From: a virus
Lineage: Duplodnaviria; Heunggongvirae; Uroviricota; Caudoviricetes
IMG/VR virus record: IMGVR_UViG_2541047757_000003
Length of the DNA: 4,932 nucleotides
Reading direction: 5' to 3' (one strand)
Shown: piece after piece, positions 1-4,932 of the stretch
How positions within the stretch are numbered: the stretch's first letter is position 1
How the letters are laid out: each line of letters opens with the position of its first letter
Notes under the pieces: model-generated
Seen by the model: the letters and a program-made list of their open reading frames with translations, nothing else
Told to the model about the DNA's origin: nothing
Databases searched by the model: none
Translations under genes and position numbers: made by a program

Positions 1-69
1 TACGGTGGAAATGACGCGGGTGCCGTCGTTAATCTCCAGCACCTGCACGCCGTGATGATAGTCACTCAT
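1..69 (-). CDS. FI: Tail sheath protein, 5' end only (first 23 codons; gene runs off the left edge)
   Basis: Reverse complement of 1-69 translates to MSDYHHGVQVLEINDGTRVISTV, which matches the N-terminus of P2 gpFI tail sheath as I recall it. A GGAG Shine-Dalgarno lies about 7 nt upstream of the ATG (67-69 on the minus strand). Confidence 0.8.
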   Translation of the reverse strand, partial: MSDYHHGVQVLEINDGTRVISTV

Positions 70-128
70 CCGTTTAACTCCGTGGTTAATGGGTGAGTGG
101 TATTTTCAGTTGTGCCGGAGATGTCAGG

Positions 129-722
129 CTATTTGTCCCGGTTGGCTAAGGGATGACACAATTTATTCTTTGTCGCTGATGAGGGGAATTTTTTATAGAG
201 CGTGGACAGACCAATATCAAAAATCAGCGCCACACGTTGACGAGATTCCCCCGCAGCCAGCAACCGTCCGACCTGCTCCCACTCACCCGCAGTGAGTTTC
301 GGTCGTCCGCCACCAATACGACCTTTGGCTCTGGCCGCTTCCAGTCCGGCGCGTGTCCGCTCGACAATGAGTTCTCGCTCCATTTCAGCCAGGGCACCCA
401 TCACATGAAAGAAAAAACGCCCCATCGGCGTGCTGGTATCAATAGCATCCGTCAGGCTGCGAAAATTAACGCCGCGTTCGCGCAGTTCCTCAACCAGAAT
501 GACCAGATGCCGCATACTACGCCCCAGCCTGTCCAGCTTCCAGACCACCAGAGTGTCACCTGCTGATAATGTTCTGAGCAGTTTTTTCAGTCCCGGCCTG
601 TCGGACTTCGTGCCGCTGATTTTATCCTCAAAAATCAGCTCACATCCTGCACACTCCAGCGCGTTACGCTGCAATTCCGTGTTCTGGTCATTTGTTGACA
701 CGCGTACATAGCCAATAAGCAT
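129..722 (-). CDS. Serine DNA invertase (Gin/Pin/Cin/Hin family site-specific recombinase)
   Basis: The 197-aa ORF begins MLIGYVRVSTNDQNTELQRNAL, with the catalytic serine in the VRVSTxxQ motif. It has the conserved resolvase/invertase core (LVVWKLDRLGRS, GRFFFHVMGALAEMERELIVERT) and a C-terminal helix-turn-helix (RQRVALIFDIGLSTLYKK). It closely resembles Mu Gin and e14 Pin from memory. It sits immediately next to an inverted-repeat-bounded segment carrying tail-fibre cassettes. Confidence 0.93.
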   Translation of the reverse strand: MLIGYVRVSTNDQNTELQRNALECAGCELIFEDKISGTKSDRPGLKKLLRTLSAGDTLVVWKLDRLGRSMRHLVILVEELRERGVNFRSLTDAIDTSTPMGRFFFHVMGALAEMERELIVERTRAGLEAARAKGRIGGGRPKLTAGEWEQVGRLLAAGESRQRVALIFDIGLSTLYKKFPSSATKNKLCHPLANRDK

Positions 723-749
723 GATTATCCCCCTGAATAAAAACCGGGG

Positions 750-1244
750 ATGATGCCAGTTAGCTGTTACCTCTGCATTTTCTTAAACGTTGGAATAGGA
801 GAAACGGGAAAATACGACATTCTGCCAGCATCAAGAGGAGGCACTGGAGCGTCAACTATAGCCGGAGCATTGATAAACTTTGGTCTGAGTGATTTAGTGA
901 CTGCCGGATTAGTACAGGTGGAATCTGGTACAGACTTTATTACTGCTAAGATTCCATTTCTGTCCGGTGGTAGAAAGCGATTCCTGATGATACATGCCAT
1001 CAAGGCGACAATGCCTGCAAATAATAACGGGTATAACCTTACTGTTACATTCCCAACTGCCTATGATAATGCACCGATACCAATTCTTGGCTCGACCGTA
1101 GGGTCGACTTCAACAACGGGTGGTACCACAGAGTCAATGAATATTTCATCAGTCACAAAATCGGGTTGCATCATTTCTTCAGCATGGCAAACATGGTCTG
1201 AGGGACCGGTATATCTTTTAACGATTGGAGGAGTTGCAGCATGA
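750..1244 (+). CDS. Alternative tail-fibre C-terminal cassette (S'v-like), promoterless and silent in this orientation
   Basis: The ORF runs into the left crossover site without a credible start or RBS; its first 14 codons cross the site. At the crossover it encodes FLNVGIGETGKYD, which parallels YLGLGEAAKRD at the crossover in H. The site cores sit in the same codon phase (positions 2-3 of codon 789-791 here, and of Leu276 in H). Its stop overlaps the next assembly gene start as ATGA. The functional cassette is about 792-1244 (150 codons). Confidence 0.7.
   Translation: MMPVSCYLCIFLNVGIGETGKYDILPASRGGTGASTIAGALINFGLSDLVTAGLVQVESGTDFITAKIPFLSGGRKRFLMIHAIKATMPANNNGYNLTVTFPTAYDNAPIPILGSTVGSTSTTGGTTESMNISSVTKSGCIISSAWQTWSEGPVYLLTIGGVAA
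778..803. repeat. Left crossover site of the invertible segment (gix/hix-like 26-bp site, central dinucleotide at 790-791)
   Basis: The plus strand reads TTTTCTTAAACG-TT-GGAATAGGAGAA. Its reverse complement, TTCTCCTATTCC-AA-CGTTTAAGAAAA, matches the right-hand site left half-site at 10 of 12 positions with the same AA core. It fits the 12-2-12 architecture of Gin/Hin sites (consensus roughly TTnTCnnAAACC-NN-GGTTTnnGAnAA) and lies about 55 bp upstream of the invertase start. Confidence 0.7.
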
Positions 1245-1627
1245 AATATTATTCACCTTCAATTAATGGATTTCCCGAACAAAAGACTGATGACAGTATT
1301 GAGATCAGTGAAGAGGTCTGGAGAATACTTCTTAGTGAAATTTACTCAGGCCGGGAGTTATTTAACGATGGCGGCGTACCCGCTACCCGTGTGCCGCAAC
1401 CTACGCAAGAACAAGTAATTGCAGCCGCAGAAAATGAGCGCCAACGATTGCTGAATTATGCTGATACCGTAATGCTCGACTGGCGTACAGAATTGATGCT
1501 GGGTGAAATCAGCGACGCCAACAGGGCTAAATTGTCGGCGTGGCTGGCTTATAAAAATCAAGTTAAGTCGGTTGATGTGACAACTGACCCTGAGCATGTT
1601 AACTGGCCTATTTCCCCGGAGGCGTAG
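1241..1627 (+). CDS. Tail-fibre assembly chaperone, alternative copy (U'-like, Tfa family)
   Basis: The 128-aa ORF ends with a motif I recognise from Mu U / P2 G / lambda Tfa-type chaperones (EQVIAAAENERQRLL ... WRTELMLGEISDANRAKLSAWLAYKNQV ... DVTTDPEHVNWPISP). Its start is coupled to the upstream fibre cassette by an ATGA overlap, and it lies inside the invertible segment. Confidence 0.8.
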   Translation: MKYYSPSINGFPEQKTDDSIEISEEVWRILLSEIYSGRELFNDGGVPATRVPQPTQEQVIAAAENERQRLLNYADTVMLDWRTELMLGEISDANRAKLSAWLAYKNQVKSVDVTTDPEHVNWPISPEA

Positions 1628-2039
1628 GCCATTCAATATCTGGCGCACCGGAAGTATCGACCAGTTCCAGTGCGTCCAGATAATCCAGCCACGAATTATA
1701 TTGCGCCAGTTCCTCTCCTTTCAGACGACCAATCGCCGCTTTACCAGGCCATTGCTTACTGTTTATGTATTCGTTGACCTGATTAATCAATTGCTGCTTT
1801 TCCAGTTCGGCTGCGGCAATTTGTTCCTCATGAGTTGGCGGTGGAATATCAATCCATGCTGGCATTCCGTCGATGACACATCTGTATTTTCCTTCTGGTG
1901 CTTCCTTCATAAATTCGGCGGCAACAGTGTCGTCAATTTCGATTCCATCATCGGGCCATTCGCCGGATTCCTGATAAGCGATTTTAAGCTCCACAGGGAA
2001 AAACGCATTTTTCTCGGCACTGAAAATATATTTCTGCAT
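1608..2039 (-). CDS. Tail-fibre assembly chaperone, currently expressed copy (U-like, Tfa family)
   Basis: The 143-aa ORF sits directly downstream of H on the same strand, with a 2-bp gap and an AGGA-type RBS. It carries the same C-terminal Tfa-like motif (EEQIAAAELEKQQLI ... DTSGAPDIEWPTPP). Its 3' end converges on and overlaps the U'-like gene by 20 bp. Confidence 0.8.
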   Translation of the reverse strand: MQKYIFSAEKNAFFPVELKIAYQESGEWPDDGIEIDDTVAAEFMKEAPEGKYRCVIDGMPAWIDIPPPTHEEQIAAAELEKQQLINQVNEYINSKQWPGKAAIGRLKGEELAQYNSWLDYLDALELVDTSGAPDIEWPTPPGK

Positions 2040-2041
2040 TT

Positions 2042-3226
2042 CTACCGTCCTATCGAAATATAACTGAATCTGTATTGCTGTGAGATATCACTGGTTGCCA
2101 CACGCCACGCTGAATTACTGATATGTTCAAAATTTACAGACAAAACCTGCGGGGCAGGATTCGACGGGTCTGACTGAACGGCATCAGACATAACACTGAC
2201 TGAAACCATCGGCTGATTAGGGAATGGTATAGGGAAGTGTCCACTGATAAAGCGGGTCGTGTTTCCTGAAAAAGTGCCAAACTGAACAATATATCCACCT
2301 GGTAGCCTGAACCATCCCGAACCAGAAGCGAATGCTCCCATATCAGGTATCTGATTATCTCCTGTGCCCACATCCCTTTTCGCCGCTTCTCCTAAACCAA
2401 GGTATGTGAGAAGACCAGCTACATCCTTTCCACTCAAATTAGTCAGCGTATTGTCCAGCGGTTGTTTACCTGCCAGCGCATTGTTAATGGTGGTGCTGAA
2501 TTTCGGGTCATTGTTAATGGCTGCGGCAATTTCTTTCAGTGTATCCAGCGTGGCAGGCGCACCGTTAATCAGAGCGGTAATAACCGCCTGAACAAACGCA
2601 GTGGTCGCAATCCGCGTGGTGTTATTTCCTGCAGCAGGCGTCGGCGCTTTTGGTTCTCCGGTAAATGTCGGATTATGTTTCTGTGCATACTGGGTATGAG
2701 GATCCTGTGCGGCAATATGGTTTCTCATCTGGTCATCCACATACAGCCTTAATTCCAGGACTTCATCATCCACGTATTTACGGGTCGCCAGTACCACCGA
2801 CGGGTCGATTTTCAGCGTGATAGCTTCGGTATTCGTGACAACCAGAATCATGCGGATAGTCTGGGTACGACCGCTGCCTTCCTGCAACTGCGGTTTGTAC
2901 GTTTCCGGGCAGTTCGCCACCGCAATGAGTACGCCTTCATCATCATAAAGCCCAATCTCACGGATCCAGAATCCGCCCTCGTTCTCAGGGATGATTTGCT
3001 CCGCAATAATCTGGCTCTGGTTATTCGGGTCAACACTCAGAAGATTCAGCGGTGCAATGCGTTTCTGGTTAATCAGTTTTGTCTGTGCCGGGTCTGGTGT
3101 CGGCAAGACACCATTCGCATCACCAACGGCCATTTGCGTCAGATTCAGCTTACTGCCGAGCATCGTCGCGTTAGCCAGCCGTGCTGCGCCCTGATTAGTC
3201 AGAATGGCGTAGTATTTCACTGTCAT
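2042..3226 (-). CDS. H: Tail fibre protein: constant N-terminal part (about aa 1-276) fused to the currently selected variable C-terminal tip (about aa 277-394)
   Basis: The N-terminus (MAVGDANGVLPTPDPAQT ... GGFWIREIGLYDDEGVLIAVAN ... YKPQLQEGSGRTQTIRMILVV ... YVDD) resembles the P2 gpH N-terminal domain from memory. The start overlaps the stop of gene I as ATGA. The right crossover site lies within the coding sequence at 2387-2412. Confidence 0.88.
   Translation of the reverse strand: MTVKYYAILTNQGAARLANATMLGSKLNLTQMAVGDANGVLPTPDPAQTKLINQKRIAPLNLLSVDPNNQSQIIAEQIIPENEGGFWIREIGLYDDEGVLIAVANCPETYKPQLQEGSGRTQTIRMILVVTNTEAITLKIDPSVVLATRKYVDDEVLELRLYVDDQMRNHIAAQDPHTQYAQKHNPTFTGEPKAPTPAAGNNTTRIATTAFVQAVITALINGAPATLDTLKEIAAAINNDPKFSTTINNALAGKQPLDNTLTNLSGKDVAGLLTYLGLGEAAKRDVGTGDNQIPDMGAFASGSGWFRLPGGYIVQFGTFSGNTTRFISGHFPIPFPNQPMVSVSVMSDAVQSDPSNPAPQVLSVNFEHISNSAWRVATSDISQQYRFSYISIGR
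2387..2412. repeat. Right crossover site of the invertible segment (gix/hix-like 26-bp site, central AA at 2399-2400), embedded in H
   Basis: The plus strand reads TTCTCCTAAACC-AA-GGTATGTGAGAA. The left half-site is a good match to Gin/Hin half-sites (TTCTTGAAAACC or TTATCCAAAACC type). It is in inverted orientation relative to the site at 778-803. Confidence 0.72.
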
Positions 3227-3834
3227 GCGTTTACTCTCAGGTTATCAATTAAATGAATGGCCGAGGCCGGGAAATAATCCCCTCCGACAATAATGGCCTC
3301 CGGGGTGTAGGGATAAACCGTCAGGGCGTCGCCGTGATAGCATCCCGCACCGGCAAAAATGTTGCCGGTTGTACTTAAACTGATAGCCAGTCCCGTCAGA
3401 TGGCGGCTTGCAGGTTTTGCATCAGCAACGAGACGCTCCAGCTCCTGATACATTTCCTCGGTAATACCCTGCTCAAGCACGCCAACAACGATGCGGAACG
3501 TCCCCGGCTCCTCGTTGAGCTGCCACCACTCCCTCACCTCAATCAGATAGCCGAGCGGCTCCACCACACGGCGAATCGCACCAATAGTGCCCTTATGGCA
3601 GTGAATGAAATACGCATCGCGGATAACAGCGCGTTTGGTCGCTTCCGGCCATTTATCATCCCACCTGTCGACCGAAAATGACCACGCCAGCCACGGCAGC
3701 AGATTTGCCGGGCAGGTGTCCGGGTTCCACAGCTCACGAATACTGACCGGCGTTTTTTCAATTTCCGCACAGGCTTTTGCGGCGGCAACTTCAAGCGGTG
3801 ATGAGCCGGTCGGCAGCAGGCGCGAATCACTCAT
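3223..3834 (-). CDS. I: Baseplate assembly protein I (P2 gpI-like)
   Basis: The 203-aa ORF sits between J and H on the same strand in the conserved P2 order. Its start overlaps the end of J by 8 bp and its stop overlaps the H start. The true start could be an internal Met; the P2 gpI I recall is somewhat shorter. Confidence 0.75.
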   Translation of the reverse strand: MSDSRLLPTGSSPLEVAAAKACAEIEKTPVSIRELWNPDTCPANLLPWLAWSFSVDRWDDKWPEATKRAVIRDAYFIHCHKGTIGAIRRVVEPLGYLIEVREWWQLNEEPGTFRIVVGVLEQGITEEMYQELERLVADAKPASRHLTGLAISLSTTGNIFAGAGCYHGDALTVYPYTPEAIIVGGDYFPASAIHLIDNLRVNA

Positions 3835-4735
3835 CCGAGCCTCCGGTCACGACGCGGTATTCAGTACAGAAAGACGCCTGCGTACTGTTGAGCACGATGT
3901 CAGCCAGAGGTGCAGTCAGTTCGACACGCTGCACGCCTTCCACATGCAAAGCGGCATAAATGGCAGACAGACGGATGTCGCGCCCAAGCCGGTGCTGTGC
4001 CGTGATGTACGCTTCCAGTTTTTTCACGGCAGCAGCGCGGATGGGTTCGCTTTCGGGACCTGGGTAAAGGTAAAGCGTGGCGTTTATCTGATATTCAACA
4101 ATGGCGGCAGACTGCACGGTCACGCGGTCGGCCACCGGCCTGACATCCTCGCCATTAAGGGCGTTACGCACCACGGCCAGCAGGTCTTCGGATGCGACAC
4201 CGTTATTTTCACGTGACAGCACGGAGATGGTGACGCAGGCCGGAGACGGACTGGTGACAGAGATATCTGCGACGCGCCCGTCGGCACTGCGACCATGATA
4301 CTGATAGGCACCCACCGACCCGGCAACGCTTAAACCTTCAAACGCCTGCTGAATACGCAGCCGATAATCGGTGTCAGATTCCATCACTGCCGGTGTCGGC
4401 GGGATGGTCGAATCGTCTGCCGGGGTGATAGTCAGGCGCGTGGTGTTGTAATTGGCACCAATCACATCAAGGTCATTACCGGCGGCACAGGCCAGCATTA
4501 CCGCCCGTGCGGCCTCATTCACACGCTGACGCCAGATAAGCTCACGATAAGCATTTTCCTCCAGCAGTTTGACGAGAGGCTCGGATTCCAGCGTCAGGGT
4601 ACGGGCAACCGCCTCCTGCTGGTCTTCCGGGTAAAGGGAAATCAGTGTCGCCTTGCGTTCGGCAAGAATGGTTTCAAAGTCCAGCTCCTCAACCACATCC
4701 GGTGCGGGTAGCTGGTTCAGGTCGATAATCGGCAT
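3827..4735 (-). CDS. J: Baseplate assembly protein J (P2 gpJ-like)
   Basis: The 302-aa ORF begins MPIIDLNQLPAPDVVEELDFETILAERKA, which matches the length and N-terminus of P2 gpJ as I recall them. It is flanked by W upstream and I downstream. Confidence 0.85.
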   Translation of the reverse strand: MPIIDLNQLPAPDVVEELDFETILAERKATLISLYPEDQQEAVARTLTLESEPLVKLLEENAYRELIWRQRVNEAARAVMLACAAGNDLDVIGANYNTTRLTITPADDSTIPPTPAVMESDTDYRLRIQQAFEGLSVAGSVGAYQYHGRSADGRVADISVTSPSPACVTISVLSRENNGVASEDLLAVVRNALNGEDVRPVADRVTVQSAAIVEYQINATLYLYPGPESEPIRAAAVKKLEAYITAQHRLGRDIRLSAIYAALHVEGVQRVELTAPLADIVLNSTQASFCTEYRVVTGGSDE

Positions 4736-4739
4736 GGTT

Positions 4740-4932
4740 TCAACTCACAGGGATGGTTAACGAAAGTGGCTGGCCGGTGTCGTTGTGCTGGCCGGTTAAC
4801 GTGACCGTCATTCGCCCGTCAAAGCTGCGCTCAGTGATGACGGATGACAGGGTGACGCGGGGTTCCCATTTCAGCACCGCCATGTAACAGGCGACCTTAA
4901 TCTGCAACTCAAGCGCCGGGGTCTGCGGCTGG
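4740..4932 (-). CDS. W: Baseplate protein W (P2 gpW-like), 3' portion only (gene continues beyond the right edge)
   Basis: Reverse-complement translation of 4743-4931 gives QPQTPALELQIKVACYMAVLKWEPRVTLSSVITERSFDGRMTVTLTGQHNDTGQPLSLTIPVS, then a stop at 4740-4742. This closely matches the C-terminal part of P2 gpW from memory. It is not in the ORF track because the start lies outside the window. Confidence 0.8.
   Translation of the reverse strand, partial: QPQTPALELQIKVACYMAVLKWEPRVTLSSVITERSFDGRMTVTLTGQHNDTGQPLSLTIPVS

Larger units (their letters stand above)
790..2400. other. Invertible DNA segment (G/C/P-segment-like tail-fibre host-range switch), about 1.6 kb between crossover cores
   Basis: It is bounded by inverted 26-bp sites. 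It holds two divergent sets of fibre-tip plus assembly-chaperone genes in opposite orientations, next to a serine invertase gene. This is the same architecture as the Mu gin / G segment. Confidence 0.75.

Noticed and set aside
237-711. Plus-strand ORFs (237-566 and 430-711, together with 89-295) overlapping the invertase gene
   Set aside because: They lie entirely antisense to a well-supported invertase CDS, are low-complexity and Arg/Ser-rich, and have no RBS. They are typical shadow ORFs.
734-759. Alternative recombination site at TGAATAAAAACC-GG-GGATGATGCCAG
   Set aside because: Only the left half resembles an invertase half-site and the right half does not. It has no frame-matched partner in H, whereas 778-803 pairs cleanly with 2387-2412. 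It may be a degenerate remnant or part of the leader hairpin.
767-1003. Minus-strand 78-aa ORF inside the plus-strand fibre cassette
   Set aside because: It is antisense to the fibre-tip cassette and would cross the crossover site. It has no recognisable motifs, so it is likely spurious.
1358-2063. ORFs 1358-1648 (minus) and 1596-2063 (plus), antisense to the chaperone genes
   Set aside because: These are shadow ORFs opposite genes with clear Tfa-family features; there is no independent support.
2134-3256. Small ORFs on both strands within the H gene (2134-2373, 2364-2591, 2462-2752, 2848-3036, 2991-3194, 2996-3256)
   Set aside because: They are nested in or antisense to the tail-fibre gene, which has strong P2-H-like N-terminal similarity. 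Their composition is consistent with frame artefacts.
3400-4326. Plus- and minus-strand ORFs overlapping I and J (3400-3681, 3543-3830, 3605-4216, 3777-3959, 4101-4298, 4120-4326)
   Set aside because: They are antisense or out of frame relative to the confidently assigned baseplate genes J and I. The GC-rich sequence generates long spurious open frames.
1-4932. Possibility of a defence system, toxin-antitoxin pair, CRISPR array, tRNA or IS element in the window
   Set aside because: Every substantial ORF is accounted for by phage tail or baseplate genes or the invertase. I saw no direct-repeat arrays, tRNA-like structures or transposase-like ORFs.

Overview
This window is the tail-fibre end of a P2-like myovirus prophage late operon, carried on the minus strand, with a Mu G-segment-type invertible tail-fibre switch inserted into it. 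Reading right to left: the 3' end of baseplate gene W, then J, I, a tail-fibre gene H with a P2-H-like constant N-terminus, and a tail-fibre assembly gene. Facing these on the plus strand are a second assembly gene and a promoterless alternative fibre C-terminal cassette. Next comes a Gin/Pin/Cin/Hin-family serine DNA invertase, then the first 23 codons of tail sheath gene FI. Two 26-bp inverted crossover sites (778-803 and 2387-2412) bound a roughly 1.6-kb invertible segment; one lies inside H and the other at the 5' end of the silent cassette, and both sit in the same codon phase, so inversion would swap the fibre tip in frame. The switch class is well known (Mu G, P1 C, e14 P); what may be uncharacterised here is the particular pair of receptor-binding tips and their placement in a P2-type backbone. 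I found no tRNA, CRISPR array, IS element or defence system. All protein similarities are recalled from memory, not searched.
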